Positions 43,778 through 53,854 are shown, counted from the first letter of the stretch. The stretch: 64,000 nt of DNA from Deltaproteobacteria bacterium (GCA_031285295.1 JAITWK010000025.1:2967-66966), one strand, 5' to 3'. Program-made: numbers and translations. The notes: generated by a model not told the origin, from the letters alone.

Positions 43778-45342
43778 GCAAAGATTCCGCGCGGATCCTG
43801 CTGAAATTGCTTTCCGGCCCCAATACAGGTGCGGAAATGGAACTCTTGCCCGGCGACTGGGTGCTCGGCAGTGATGACGATGCGCAGATTCTTTTGCTGG
43901 ATGCAGGTATACGCCCGCGCCACCTGATTCTCAGGGTAGATGATTTCGGTAGCCTGACTCTGATTCCTCAGGATGGTTCCGTTGTGGCCGACGGGGTTTT
44001 GCTGCCGCCGGAAGGTGCTGCCGTTCAGCCCTTTGTTGTATTTACGGCAGGCGGAACACACGCTGTCTACGGCCCTGTAGATGAATCATGGCCTTCCCTC
44101 AGTTTGCCGCGACTTACGGAAAGCATGGCAGGAGTTTTGGCTGGATCAATGACGGCAGCGATGCCTGCAAGCGGCTTACAACCGGAAACGGGCATTCAGC
44201 CCATCGCCGATGACCACAAAGTGGGCAGCCCACTGACAACCCCGGAAACAACTGGCAACAAAGTGAGCAGATCGCGCTTGCGGCGCTTTCTTCTTCCGCT
44301 GGTCGTGATCCTGCTCCTGCTTGGCCTGATGGTTGACTACACGCATTTGAGATTTTTCTTTTCCGATGTGAGCCGTGAGGCGGAGTCACTTGCCAGAAGT
44401 CTGCACAGTCGAGGATTTCCCGACCTGAACGTCACAGTACGGCAGGACAATACCCTGCTGATCCATGGTGCCGTTCCCGGCAACGCCTATATGGACTCGC
44501 TGATGCGCTATGTGGAGAGCCTGGATACACAGCCGGCCCTGGCGGTGATCTCTCTGGAGGATCTTGTCGGTGCTTTGCGCGCAAAGGCACAGAGAGCCGA
44601 TGCCCCAATCCGGATAACACGGACGGGAAGTCTGCTCCGCATCAGCGGATATGCGTACGACATGCGGGCTCTGGAAGATTTACTCGCTGAAGAACGTGAA
44701 AGTCTTGCCGCCGTTTCGGTGCGCGTTGATATCGTATCATGGGAAAGAGCGGAAAAGGAACTTCGCGCACAGCTTTCGGCCAGAGGGCTGGATGCTAAAA
44801 CCCGCCTGATCCCTGATCTGTACCGCATCGCCTTGCAGACACGCCCGCTCTCTGCAACAGAACAGCAGACTCTGCGCGGTTTTCTTCTGGAAACTGAAGA
44901 TTTTTTCGGCGTGGAAGGCGTGATCGGCGTGGAACGTTGGCGAGATGTGGAAAAAGTCGTTCCCCGGCCTCCTTCCCGGGAAACAGCCCTGTTTGCAGGG
45001 CCATCGGTTGCGGAAAAGCCGGATGTTCCAACGGCCCAGGCACCGGCTGCTGCAAAAACAGAGGTGGCGGCACAGTCTGATACCACCCAGGAGGTACTTA
45101 ACCTCTTTCCCGAAGCATTGAATGAGCTCATTACGCCGCAGGAATTTTCCTGTGGCCATTTGCGCATTGTGGGCGAGGGGCACGATATGGGGGTATTGAT
45201 GGGGGGAGTCCTGTACAAAACAGGCGCCAAGATGCCGGACGGTATGCAGGTGAAACTGGTCAGCTCCGGCTATGTCGTGCTGCAACGGGGCAAGGTGCAT
45301 ACACGTATCTGCACGGCCACAGAAACGCAAAACATACCATGA
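43774..45342 (+). CDS. sctD: T3SS inner-membrane ring protein (YscD/PrgH class) with an FHA-like N-domain
   Basis: ATGA overlap with sctC. MSKDSARILLKLLSGPNTGAEMELLPGDWVLGSDDDAQILLLDAGIRPRHLILRV is FHA-like. A single TM (FLLPLVVILLLLGLMV) and a periplasmic domain follow. Confidence 0.85.
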   Translation: MSKDSARILLKLLSGPNTGAEMELLPGDWVLGSDDDAQILLLDAGIRPRHLILRVDDFGSLTLIPQDGSVVADGVLLPPEGAAVQPFVVFTAGGTHAVYGPVDESWPSLSLPRLTESMAGVLAGSMTAAMPASGLQPETGIQPIADDHKVGSPLTTPETTGNKVSRSRLRRFLLPLVVILLLLGLMVDYTHLRFFFSDVSREAESLARSLHSRGFPDLNVTVRQDNTLLIHGAVPGNAYMDSLMRYVESLDTQPALAVISLEDLVGALRAKAQRADAPIRITRTGSLLRISGYAYDMRALEDLLAEERESLAAVSVRVDIVSWERAEKELRAQLSARGLDAKTRLIPDLYRIALQTRPLSATEQQTLRGFLLETEDFFGVEGVIGVERWRDVEKVVPRPPSRETALFAGPSVAEKPDVPTAQAPAAAKTEVAAQSDTTQEVLNLFPEALNELITPQEFSCGHLRIVGEGHDMGVLMGGVLYKTGAKMPDGMQVKLVSSGYVVLQRGKVHTRICTATETQNIP

Positions 45343-45360
45343 CCACAAAGGAGGCATACG

Positions 45361-45594
45361 ATGTTGGATGTAAACGCTCAGGATTTTGATGTCAGCGCAG
45401 CTTTGGCGCGCGATCCCGATGGCTACGCTCTGCGCACTATCAAGGACAGGCTTGAAACCATGAAATCCGGCTTGAAACGAACCATGGACAAGGGACTGCC
45501 CGCCGATCAGTTTTCCGTGGCAAACAATTTGCATAAGTCATGTCAGACGGCGCAGGATCTGGTGGAGCAGTTCTGGTCCCAGCCGCGAAAATAA
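45361..45594 (+). CDS. YscE-like needle co-chaperone candidate
   Basis: 77 aa and helical. LKRTMDKGLPADQFSVANNLHKSCQTA resembles my recollection of YscE (LKKDMMRGGDAKQYQVWQRESKALESA). It sits between sctD and sctF, as in ysc. Confidence 0.55.
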   Translation: MLDVNAQDFDVSAALARDPDGYALRTIKDRLETMKSGLKRTMDKGLPADQFSVANNLHKSCQTAQDLVEQFWSQPRK

Positions 45595-45613
45595 CTGTCA
45601 ACAAGGGAGAAGG

Positions 45614-45841
45614 ATGATGTCACAGGTAACCTATTCCACAACAGGTATGGAAACCACGGCGAATGCCATCAAGACGGCCAAGACAAACCTTGATGCGTTT
45701 ACCAATTTGCCGGAAATGGATGAACTCACCATGATTGAATACAATTTGGCGGCCAGCAAGTATTCCACCATGGTCAGCCTTTCCAGCGGCTTGGTCAAAA
45801 ACCTTTCGGATACCGAAAAACAAGTCGCCAACAAGATGTGA
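45614..45841 (+). CDS. sctF: T3SS needle filament protein
   Basis: 75 aa helix-turn-helix. ...NLPEMDELTMIEYNLAASKYSTMVSLSSGLVKNLSDTEKQVANKM follows the YscF/PrgI/MxiH pattern. Confidence 0.85.
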   Translation: MMSQVTYSTTGMETTANAIKTAKTNLDAFTNLPEMDELTMIEYNLAASKYSTMVSLSSGLVKNLSDTEKQVANKM

Positions 45842-45869
45842 TGCTTCCTCTCATAACGGGAGATCCTAC

Positions 45870-46259
45870 ATGCTTATATCGCAAGACGATGCCCGCCTTT
45901 TGGGCAAGGTGGCCTTCATGGGCCTCTGGCAGGGACGTTTCGTGGAAAGCGAAACTATTTTTACCGCACTCAAGGATGCCGCCCCGGAGCGTATTGGCCC
46001 CCTGCTCGGGTTAGGCATGGTGCGTGCGCATAAGGGCGAATACGCGGCAGCCATTAAAATTTTGGAAGAGCAGGCTCTCGCTCTTGCACCGGAAGATGAA
46101 CACGCCAAGGCTTGGCTTGGGCTGGCCCTTTTTCGGGACGGGCAGACAAAACGGGCGAAGGAAATTCTTGAGCCCCTGGCGGGCGTGGCAGCAGGTGCTG
46201 ATGTGAAAACACTCGCCGCCGGGCTTCTTGAAGAAATGCGGGGAAGTCATGAACGTTGA
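45870..46259 (+). CDS. YscG-like TPR needle co-chaperone candidate
   Basis: 129 aa. TPR-like helices (GLGMVRAHKGEYAAAIKILEEQALALAPEDEHAKAWLGLALFRDGQ). Located immediately after sctF. GGGAG precedes ATG 45870. Confidence 0.6.
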   Translation: MLISQDDARLLGKVAFMGLWQGRFVESETIFTALKDAAPERIGPLLGLGMVRAHKGEYAAAIKILEEQALALAPEDEHAKAWLGLALFRDGQTKRAKEILEPLAGVAAGADVKTLAAGLLEEMRGSHER

Positions 46260-46530
46260 CAGAGCAGGAACTGTGGGCGGAGGCGCTGCCATATCGAACG
46301 GGCCTGATCAGCTCACCCGCGTCGTCCCGTTGAAGGAGGCACAGGGGTTCTCCGCCGCAGTCGGCGGCGGAAAAGAACAGGGGCTGTCCGCCAGTGCCTC
46401 CGGCTTGGAGGAGACGGATATGGGCGCACTCCTGCGTGACTCTATACGCGGTTCACTCGCTGCCACGGCTCGGCAGATTCAACAGAACGCGAAAGATATA
46501 GAACGCGACAATATTGATAAAGGGTTTTAG
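46249..46530 (+). CDS. hypothetical T3SS-associated protein (yscH position)
   Basis: 93 aa. The start overlaps the previous stop. Gly/Ala/Ser-rich with no recognisable motif. Confidence 0.4.
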   Translation: MNVDRAGTVGGGAAISNGPDQLTRVVPLKEAQGFSAAVGGGKEQGLSASASGLEETDMGALLRDSIRGSLAATARQIQQNAKDIERDNIDKGF

Positions 46531-46555
46531 CCGCAAAGCGGCTCAGGAGGATACC

Positions 46556-46954
46556 ATGGTTGATCCTATCAGTAGCGGAGCAGCTGCATCCTTGACCGGC
46601 AACGGCATTGCCGCGCCAAGCGCTTCGGGACCCGGCCCCGCCAGTATGGCGGATACGGCCCAGTTCCAGGAAGCATTGCATCAGCCAAACGTCCATTCCG
46701 CAGCGGAAATGACTTCAGGGCAAATTCCCGGAACGGAAAGTAGCCGTTCGGTGCTGGAAGGCATTGACAAGATGAGCGCCGACATGCGTGCCATGCAGGG
46801 CGATCTGCAAAATGCCACCTCTTCCATGGGCGAAGTTGGCGATCTTTTGCGGATGCAGTTTCAGGCGGCGCAACTGACTATGACCCAAACCATGGTCGGC
46901 CAGGTCGGGCAGAAGACCAGCCAGGGGACGCAACAGCTCCTCAAGGGTCAATAG
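46556..46954 (+). CDS. sctI: T3SS inner rod protein
   Basis: 132 aa. CAGGAGGATACC precedes the ATG. The C-terminus LLRMQFQAAQLTMTQTMVGQVGQKTSQGTQQLLKGQ is typical of YscI/PrgJ/EscI. Confidence 0.8.
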   Translation: MVDPISSGAAASLTGNGIAAPSASGPGPASMADTAQFQEALHQPNVHSAAEMTSGQIPGTESSRSVLEGIDKMSADMRAMQGDLQNATSSMGEVGDLLRMQFQAAQLTMTQTMVGQVGQKTSQGTQQLLKGQ

Positions 46955-46960
46955 GATTTT

Positions 46961-47743
46961 ATGTCTGCCGTCACGCATACTTTCAAAGCGCGGACATTGC
47001 GCCTTTTGGCTTTATTGCTTCTGGCCTGTCTGTGCAGTGCCTGTCAGGTCACGCTCTATTCCGATCTTACGGAGCAGGAAGCCAATGAGATGATCGCCGT
47101 ACTCAGCAACAATGGGGTGGCGGCACAGAAAGTGACAGGTGCGGATAAAGGATTATGGAACCTCTCCGTAGAAGAACACCTTCTGCCGCGCTGTGTTGAA
47201 ATTTTGTCCGCGAACGGACTGCCGCGCAGCCAATATCAGAGCATGGGGGGCGTCTTCAAAAAAGAGGGCATGGTTTCCTCTCCCACAGAAGAAAAAGCGC
47301 GTCTCGTCTTTGCCATATCTCAGGAACTGGCTGGAACCATCGCCGCCATCGACGGAGTTCTCAACGCACGGGTACATCTGGTATTGCCGGAACTGGATAG
47401 CTTCGGCAACAAGATTTCTCCGTCCACAGCTTCGGTCTTCATAAAGCACCGGGCCGACGTGGATCTTGCAAGTCAGGTTTCTCCGATTAAGCGTCTGGTG
47501 GAAAACAGTGTCCGTGACCTCAAATATGAATCCATCTCGGTCTTTCTCTTTCCTTCCGCGGCAGGGCCGCTCATGCCGTTGCCGCCGGAGACAAGCGTGT
47601 TATTCTTTTCCGTTGACTCGGAAAATGCAGTCATTGCCTGGGCTACTGTCATTATTTGCGCCTTCGCCAGCTTCGGTTTGATTAGCTATGGCGCATACGC
47701 CATGCGGCGCAGGAGAAAAAGTATCCTTCCGGAACAGTCATGA
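46961..47743 (+). CDS. sctJ: T3SS inner-membrane ring lipoprotein
   Basis: Lipobox LLLACLCSAC, then QVTLYSDLTEQEANEMIAVLSNNGVAAQKV as in the YscJ/PrgK family. A C-terminal TM is present. Confidence 0.95.
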   Translation: MSAVTHTFKARTLRLLALLLLACLCSACQVTLYSDLTEQEANEMIAVLSNNGVAAQKVTGADKGLWNLSVEEHLLPRCVEILSANGLPRSQYQSMGGVFKKEGMVSSPTEEKARLVFAISQELAGTIAAIDGVLNARVHLVLPELDSFGNKISPSTASVFIKHRADVDLASQVSPIKRLVENSVRDLKYESISVFLFPSAAGPLMPLPPETSVLFFSVDSENAVIAWATVIICAFASFGLISYGAYAMRRRRKSILPEQS

Positions 47744-48510
47744 ACCCCCGGCAGAGCTTTGCCCGGCATATTCTGCGTGAAAACCGTCCGCTTCTGGATG
47801 CTATCGTCAGTTGCAACAGGCTGTTTCCGTCCAGAATCAGAACGGACGCGATTGTGCCGGAATATGCCCCTCTGTTGCCCCTTCTGAAAAAGGACGCCGT
47901 GGAAAGTTCCCGGTTCACCAAACGGATGCACTCTCTTTTCCCAAGCGTTCCACAAGGTATTTTCGGTTCTGACAATGCCTGGAGCGTCTGTAACACATGG
48001 GCTCTTGATTTTCGGCTTCCCAGGCACAGGCTTGCCTTGCTGCCGCCGGACATACTCGTAAAATTGGCCCGCTATTTCGGCCTTGTCCGGCATAGAGCAC
48101 AGATACGCCGCCTCATTGACCGCGATGCTGTACTCGCCCTGCGCGAAGAAGTGGGAGAGGAAGGGCGTCGCTTCGTCCTGCGCCGCTCCATCTTACTTCC
48201 TGGCGCACGGCCTGAAGTACGGGAAGAAGCGGATGAAGGCACACTCTCCCTTCCTGAACGAATCCGGCACAGCGGCTTTTCCGCAGTGGCTTCCTGCCTC
48301 GCGGACGCTCCGTTTCCTTTGACCGAACGGCTCAGCCTGACAGTGCCCGGTGACTTTGCCGCACACCTCGCAGAGGCGGGAAGGGCGCAGATGGGTTCTG
48401 CCCTCCGTGATTCAAATGCCAACCACGATACAGCCACAGAGCATTGGGCACTGCTGCGCACCTTGCTGTTCAAGGAGATAGCACCGGAATGGGAACCCTG
48501 CTTTTTATGA
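47740..48510 (+). CDS. sctK: T3SS sorting-platform protein (YscK class), assigned by position
   Basis: 256 aa. ATGA overlaps with both sctJ and sctL. No strong motif, so the call rests on synteny in the order J-K-L-N. Confidence 0.6.
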   Translation: MNPRQSFARHILRENRPLLDAIVSCNRLFPSRIRTDAIVPEYAPLLPLLKKDAVESSRFTKRMHSLFPSVPQGIFGSDNAWSVCNTWALDFRLPRHRLALLPPDILVKLARYFGLVRHRAQIRRLIDRDAVLALREEVGEEGRRFVLRRSILLPGARPEVREEADEGTLSLPERIRHSGFSAVASCLADAPFPLTERLSLTVPGDFAAHLAEAGRAQMGSALRDSNANHDTATEHWALLRTLLFKEIAPEWEPCFL

Positions 48511-49118
48511 AAAAGGGGCATTTTGCGCCCAAGCCCGGAACGGCTGTTTTGAAACAGGCCGACTACACGCTTTTGCTGGAAGCAGAAGCCGTGCTTACAA
48601 CTGCGCTTGCCGAAGCCGAGGCCATTCGGGAAGAAGCCCGAAACTTGTATGTGGCGGAAAAAGAGCGCGGGTATGCGGACGGCATTGCGGAAGGCAAAAT
48701 GGAAATGGCCGAACGTATGATGGATACCGTGGCCGCCGGTGTGGATTACCTGGAAGGGCTGGAAAATTCCATTGTGGATCTGGTGATGCAGGCCATGCGT
48801 AAGGTCATTGAAGGTTTTGACGATAAAGAGCGTGTTATCGGTGTCGTTCGCAAAGGTCTTAGCTACGCGCGTTCACAAAAGCGTGTGGTGCTTCGCGTGT
48901 GCCCTGAGGATGCGGAAACTGTGCAGAAGGAGATGCAGACCCTGCTTCGGGATTTTCCCGGCATAGGCATTCTTGATGTTGCCTCTGACCCGCGTCTCGG
49001 CAAAGGAGCCTGTATTCTTGAAAGTGAACTCGGCCTTATTGATGCGGATCTCAATGTGCAACTTGAAGGCATCCGCAAGTCATTCCTGAACCGTCTGCAA
49101 CAATCCGAGAGCAAGTAA
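48507..49118 (+). CDS. sctL: T3SS stator protein (FliH/YscL family)
   Basis: 203 aa. [42 protein letters not shown]... and ...[27 protein letters not shown]. Confidence 0.88.
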   Translation: MKKGHFAPKPGTAVLKQADYTLLLEAEAVLTTALAEAEAIREEARNLYVAEKERGYADGIAEGKMEMAERMMDTVAAGVDYLEGLENSIVDLVMQAMRKVIEGFDDKERVIGVVRKGLSYARSQKRVVLRVCPEDAETVQKEMQTLLRDFPGIGILDVASDPRLGKGACILESELGLIDADLNVQLEGIRKSFLNRLQQSESK

Positions 49119-49120
49119 GT

Positions 49121-50437
49121 ATGTCCAAGGGCTCTATCTCCGATCTTCTCGAATCCGCCTTGCGGACCAACATTCCCGTGGATATACGGGGCCGGGTCGT
49201 GCAGGTGGTCGGCACCATTATCAAGGCCGTGGTGCCGGGGGTGAAAATCGGGGAAATATGTACCCTGAAAAACCCATGGGACAGTTGGGAAATGACGGCG
49301 GAAGTCGTGGGTTTTGCGGAAGAAGCAGCGCTCTTAACGCCGCTCGGCGATATCCAGGGTGTGTCCTCGGCAACAGAGGTTATTCCCTCCGGCTCCGTGC
49401 ATATGGTGCCTGTGGGTCCGGATCTGCTTGGTCGTGTGCTTGACGGACTGGGTAACCCCATAGACGGCGGCCCCCCTTTGAGACCGGCGGCGGCGTATCC
49501 TGTGTATGCCGATCCCCCCAACCCCATGACCCGGCGCATCATCGACAAACCGCTTCCCCTTGGACTTCGGGTTCTGGATGGCCTGCTCACCTGCGGAGAA
49601 GGCCAGCGCATGGGTATTTTCGCAGCCGCCGGCGGCGGAAAAAGCACGCTGCTTTCCTGTCTGGTCAAAGGCGCAGAGGTTGATGTGACCGTTCTCGCCC
49701 TTATCGGAGAACGCGGCCGTGAAGTGCGTGAATTTATTGAGCATGATCTCGGCAAGGAAGGCATGAAAAAAGCCGTGCTTGTGGTTTCCACATCGGATCG
49801 TTCGTCCATGGAACGCCTCAAAGCATCGTATGTGGCGACGGCTATCGCCGAATATTTTCGGGATCAGGGCAAACGGGTTCTTCTGCTCATGGATTCCGTT
49901 ACCCGCTTTGGACGGGCCTTGCGTGAAATCGGCCTGGCCGCAGGGGAACCGCCCACCCGTCGTGGCTTTCCGCCTTCCGTTTTTTCCAGTCTGCCCCGGC
50001 TCATGGAACGGGCCGGTAACTCGGACAAGGGTTCCATCACCGCGCTCTACACTGTGTTGGTGGAAGGCGACGACATGACCGAACCCATCGCGGACGAAAC
50101 ACGATCCATATTGGACGGCCATATCATTCTTTCCCGCAAGCTGGCCTCTGCCAACCATTATCCGGCCATAGACGTACTCGCGTCCGTCAGTCGGGTCATG
50201 AACTCCATCGTGGACAAGGAACACAAGGCGGCGGCCAACCGCTTCCGCGCACTGCTCGCAAAATATGCCGAAGTGGAACTGCTTTTGCAAATAGGTGAGT
50301 ACAAGCAGGGAGCGGATGCACTTGCGGACGAAGCCATCGCCAAAATCGACCGGCTTAACGGCTTTTGTAAGCAGGGCCTGAATGAACCCTCAGCCTTCGA
50401 TGCGGCGACACGTGCTCTGCTGGATCTCGTTAAGTGA
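49121..50437 (+). CDS. sctN: T3SS ATPase
   Basis: 438 aa. Walker [15 protein letters not shown], Walker [27 protein letters not shown] and [21 protein letters not shown]. Confidence 0.98.
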   Translation: MSKGSISDLLESALRTNIPVDIRGRVVQVVGTIIKAVVPGVKIGEICTLKNPWDSWEMTAEVVGFAEEAALLTPLGDIQGVSSATEVIPSGSVHMVPVGPDLLGRVLDGLGNPIDGGPPLRPAAAYPVYADPPNPMTRRIIDKPLPLGLRVLDGLLTCGEGQRMGIFAAAGGGKSTLLSCLVKGAEVDVTVLALIGERGREVREFIEHDLGKEGMKKAVLVVSTSDRSSMERLKASYVATAIAEYFRDQGKRVLLLMDSVTRFGRALREIGLAAGEPPTRRGFPPSVFSSLPRLMERAGNSDKGSITALYTVLVEGDDMTEPIADETRSILDGHIILSRKLASANHYPAIDVLASVSRVMNSIVDKEHKAAANRFRALLAKYAEVELLLQIGEYKQGADALADEAIAKIDRLNGFCKQGLNEPSAFDAATRALLDLVK

Positions 50438-50919
50438 AAGGTTACCCGCTGGCACGTTTGCTCTCTTTACGGATACGCCGGGTGGAAACAGCCAGGGCCG
50501 AAGTGGCGAAGATGCGGCGTCTCGCCCATGAGGCCCGGGAAAAAGCGGAAGAGGGCGAAAAGTCAGCACGGGATTTCGCAGCACAGCGTCCGACGGAAGA
50601 AGCCGCCCTGTTTGAAACGATACGCAATCGGACTTTAGAGCGCAAACGGCTGGACGCCTACCATGATGCCCTCGCTGCTCTGTCCGCACAGGAATTGGAA
50701 CTGTTCGATATCGCGGAAACGATGCGCGCATCGGCGGTGCAGGCGGAGAAGAATCTGGATGCCGCCGTCCACGCGTACAAGGATGCGGTACGCGAAGTGA
50801 ACAAATTTGAAGAACACCGCGCTGTCTGGTCGAAGGCGGAACAAAAACGCCTTGAGGACATCCAGGAATTGGAAGCCGAAGAAACGGCGGGTATCGCCGC
50901 CATGCGGCGCGGCAGGTAA
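50434..50919 (+). CDS. sctO: T3SS stalk protein (YscO/FliJ-like coiled coil)
   Basis: 161 aa. GTG start overlapping the sctN stop (GTGA). An uninterrupted charged coiled coil. Located after sctN. Confidence 0.8.
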   Translation: MKGYPLARLLSLRIRRVETARAEVAKMRRLAHEAREKAEEGEKSARDFAAQRPTEEAALFETIRNRTLERKRLDAYHDALAALSAQELELFDIAETMRASAVQAEKNLDAAVHAYKDAVREVNKFEEHRAVWSKAEQKRLEDIQELEAEETAGIAAMRRGR

Positions 50920-50931
50920 CGGAGGAATCGT

Positions 50932-51786
50932 ATGAGCAGCATCAACAGAGTCGAACAACAGGCAGGGCAGCAACGGCTAAGCACGTCTCAGGAAGCCCCC
51001 AAAGCCAGTGACGATGCGGTGAAAGATTTTACTAAAGCCATGAAAGGCATGTCCGTTCAAGAAGCCCCCAAAGCCAGCGAGGGTGCGGTAAATAATTTTA
51101 CAAAGGCTATGAAAGGCTTGTCCGTTCAAGGTCAGATGGGCGAAGGAGCGGCTGCGCAGAGTGCGCTTGACGGATCGCCCTTCGGCATTTTGCCCCAGCG
51201 CGGACGTAAGGATGGAGAATCGGGCGGCCAGGAAAATAGCCAGGATAAAGGACAGGAAACAATCTTCCTCACAGGGGACGCTGTGCTCGCCAATATGGGC
51301 GGGACCAAAGAAATACCATCCCCTGGAACAGTTGCGGGAGCGGATACTGCAAGCAGGATCGATGCCGATATCACAGCCAAACTTGTTGACCGCATCCTGG
51401 TCTCCGCCCCGGACGCCACAGGAGGGGCCGAGGTTCGCATATCCTTACGCGAGGATATTCTTCCCGGCACGGAAATTCGCATACAGCGGCAGGCGGACGG
51501 CGGTATTTCCGTCCAGTTCGTAACCGGAGACATCAGGGGTGAGCAAATGCTCGGCGCGCGCCAGATCGGCGATTTACAAAACGTGCTGGCCGGGAGCCTG
51601 GGTGTGGAAGTGCGCGTAAGCACGGTCAGACCTGATGGTTCCATGAGCGCGGATGCCGGAGCTGGCGGGGAACAAGGCCACGGTGGCAAAGAAGGCCAGG
51701 GAGGCTCAGGAGGAAATGGAGGCCAATCCCGCGATGGGCGTTCCCGGCAGCATGATATCTTTGATGCTATGCAGGATACCGTCTGA
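50932..51786 (+). CDS. sctP: T3SS needle-length regulator (YscP/FliK-like T3S4 domain)
   Basis: 284 aa. A tandem 23-aa repeat lies in the N-half. The C-terminal part is RILVSAPDATGGAEVRISLREDILPGTEIRIQRQADGGISVQFVTGD (T3S4-like), followed by a Gly-rich tail. Confidence 0.8.
   Translation: MSSINRVEQQAGQQRLSTSQEAPKASDDAVKDFTKAMKGMSVQEAPKASEGAVNNFTKAMKGLSVQGQMGEGAAAQSALDGSPFGILPQRGRKDGESGGQENSQDKGQETIFLTGDAVLANMGGTKEIPSPGTVAGADTASRIDADITAKLVDRILVSAPDATGGAEVRISLREDILPGTEIRIQRQADGGISVQFVTGDIRGEQMLGARQIGDLQNVLAGSLGVEVRVSTVRPDGSMSADAGAGGEQGHGGKEGQGGSGGNGGQSRDGRSRQHDIFDAMQDTV
50989..51126 (+). repeat. 2 x 69-bp tandem repeat inside sctP
   Basis: 50989-51057 and 51058-51126 encode QEAPKASDDAVKDFTKAMKGMSV and QEAPKASEGAVNNFTKAMKGLSV. 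Confidence 0.9.
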
Positions 51787-52877
51787 TGAAGACCACCATA
51801 CCATATGCGGAATTGACGCTGCCTCGTGTTGCCGCCGATATGGCGGCAATATTGAATCGCTTATATGTCGGTTCGCGTTCCTTCGTTTTCCGGTTCGGGA
51901 ACCGGGAATGGCGCTTTACGCCCGATGCTTCCATCAGGCCACGAGTATGGCGTGCCCGCGTTTACGCCCGTCTTGGTGACCATGACCTTGCGCTGTTTAT
52001 GGACAGTCTTCTTGCGGTTAATTGGGAGAATTCGGATCTTCCCCTGCCGCTTTTGTTGGCACTGCCCCCGGAATTGGCAGGGGCGGCTCTGGAACTTGCC
52101 TGCCAGAGCCTTGCGGAGGATCTGGAACAGGTGAGCGGCCTGCCCGTTGTCGTTTCCGAAATCAATTTGGATGAAGAGGAAGCATATATCGGGAGTGATG
52201 CTTTTTTGTTTACCTTGACCCGCGATGACGGACAAACTGCGCACCTCGCTCTGGTGGCGGGAAAAGAAGCTTTCCTGCTTGTGGCGGATATGCTTGCCGC
52301 CGTGCCTTCCGGACGCGGATTGTTCCAGCTTCCCCTGCGCTGCCGCATAGTATGCTCCGGGCCGGAAGTGACACTGCCTGAACTGGCGGATCTTGCTTCC
52401 GGTGATGTGCTTTGTTCCTCCCATAACTTTTCTGACCTTAATGAGCCCGGCCTGACCGTGCGGCTTGCCCTGTCGTCCGTCTGTGGCGCTCCCGCGCGAC
52501 TTGTCGGAACTGAACTTTATCTGGAGGGATCCATGACCGATGTGCCTACCGTCATGCCGGACAATTCGGCAGGAGACGAAAAAAATGTTCTTGAGCGTAC
52601 TGTGGACAATGCGGGTACTCTTTCTCCTGCGCCGGGTAATGATACCGCCTCCTCCTCTATGGACATGCTGCCGGTTCGGGTGGATTTCGATCTGGGGAGC
52701 GTTGAACTGACCGTGGCTGAAGTATCTTCACTGGCGGCGGGTCAGGTTCTACAGGCAGGCCGTGATGTTGCAACTCCTGTACGGATAAGCATCGCAGGCC
52801 GGGTTATGGGAACGGGAAGCCTTGTGGATGTTGCGGGGCATATCGGTGTGCGCGTTGAGACACTATCCTTGAAATAG
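51786..52877 (+). CDS. sctQ: T3SS cytoplasmic-ring / sorting-platform protein (SpoA C-domain)
   Basis: 363 aa. The C-terminal VRVDFDLGSVELTVAEVSSLAAGQVLQAGRDVATPVRISIAGRVMGTGSLVDVAGHIGVRVETL belongs to the FliN/YscQ family. Confidence 0.92.
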   Translation: MKTTIPYAELTLPRVAADMAAILNRLYVGSRSFVFRFGNREWRFTPDASIRPRVWRARVYARLGDHDLALFMDSLLAVNWENSDLPLPLLLALPPELAGAALELACQSLAEDLEQVSGLPVVVSEINLDEEEAYIGSDAFLFTLTRDDGQTAHLALVAGKEAFLLVADMLAAVPSGRGLFQLPLRCRIVCSGPEVTLPELADLASGDVLCSSHNFSDLNEPGLTVRLALSSVCGAPARLVGTELYLEGSMTDVPTVMPDNSAGDEKNVLERTVDNAGTLSPAPGNDTASSSMDMLPVRVDFDLGSVELTVAEVSSLAAGQVLQAGRDVATPVRISIAGRVMGTGSLVDVAGHIGVRVETLSLK

Positions 52878-52896
52878 CGGATATTCGGGAACAGTA

Positions 52897-53547
52897 ATGC
52901 AAAGTTTTGATCCGGTAATCGTTGTAGGCGTTCTGCTCCTTCTGACGCTTGCGCCCTTCGTCATAATGGTCACCACCTCCTATCTCAAGCTGGTTGTGGT
53001 CATGTCGCTGGTGCGCAACGCTCTGGGCGTGCAACAGGTTCCGCCCACCATGGTGCTTAACGGTCTGGCCATCATTTTTTCGGTCTTCATCATGACTCCG
53101 GTTGCTCTTCAAACCAGCAAGCTGATTGACCCCGCCATGTTCAGCCGATCCGCAACTCCAAGCGAAATGGTACTTACCCTGGACGGAGCCAAAGGCCCCA
53201 TGCAGGAATTTCTGCAAAAACGCGCCCACCAGAAAACAGTCCATTTTTTCCTGGAAACAGCCAAACGGCTGTGGCCCAAAGAAGAGGCAATGACCCTATC
53301 CGCAACCGATCTTTCCATTCTTGTTCCGGCCTTTGCGGTGAGCGAGCTGACAAGAGCCTTTGAGATAGGTTTTTTGCTCTATCTGCCCTTTGTGACCATC
53401 GACATCATCATCTCCAACATTTTGCTGGCCATGGGCATGATGATGGTATCTCCAATGACTATTTCCCTGCCTTTCAAACTTCTGCTGTTCGTACTTCTGG
53501 ACGGCTGGAGCAAGCTGATACAGGGGCTTGTTTTAAGCTACGCATAG
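52897..53547 (+). CDS. sctR: T3SS export apparatus protein (FliP/YscR family)
   Basis: 216 aa. TSYLKLVVVMSLVRNALGVQQVPP, FAVSELTRAFEIGFLLYLPFVTIDIIISNILLAMGMMMVSP. Confidence 0.97.
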   Translation: MQSFDPVIVVGVLLLLTLAPFVIMVTTSYLKLVVVMSLVRNALGVQQVPPTMVLNGLAIIFSVFIMTPVALQTSKLIDPAMFSRSATPSEMVLTLDGAKGPMQEFLQKRAHQKTVHFFLETAKRLWPKEEAMTLSATDLSILVPAFAVSELTRAFEIGFLLYLPFVTIDIIISNILLAMGMMMVSPMTISLPFKLLLFVLLDGWSKLIQGLVLSYA

Positions 53548-53557
53548 GAGCGCCTCC

Positions 53558-53827
53558 GTGACGGAATCAAGCGTATTGGAATTTGCCATGCAGTCGCTCA
53601 TCCTCATGCTGCAACTGTCCCTGCCGCCAATTTTGGTGGCATCGCTCGCCGGACTTCTGGTCAGCCTGATTCAGGCCATCACACAATTGCAGGAGCAGAC
53701 CCTCGCTTTCGGGGTCAAGCTCGTGGCCGTTGGCGTTACCATCATGCTTATGATGGGCTGGCTCGGCGGTGAAATATACCGTTTTTCCGATACCTTATTT
53801 TCCAGTTTTGGATTTTTGGTGAAGTGA
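53558..53827 (+). CDS. sctS: T3SS export apparatus protein (FliQ/YscS family)
   Basis: 89 aa with a GTG start. LMLQLSLPPILVASLAGLLVSLIQAITQLQEQTLAFGVKL. Confidence 0.95.
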   Translation: MTESSVLEFAMQSLILMLQLSLPPILVASLAGLLVSLIQAITQLQEQTLAFGVKLVAVGVTIMLMMGWLGGEIYRFSDTLFSSFGFLVK

Positions 53828-53838
53828 ATACCGGAAGG

Positions 53839-53854
53839 TGGCACGCTTCCTGCT
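53839..53854 (+). promoter_or_regulatory. sigma-54 (-24/-12) promoter in the sctS-chaperone spacer
   Basis: TGGCACGcttcCTGCT with exact spacing and a 7/7 match to the -24 box TGGCACG. It lies 65 nt upstream of ATG 53920. Confidence 0.8.
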
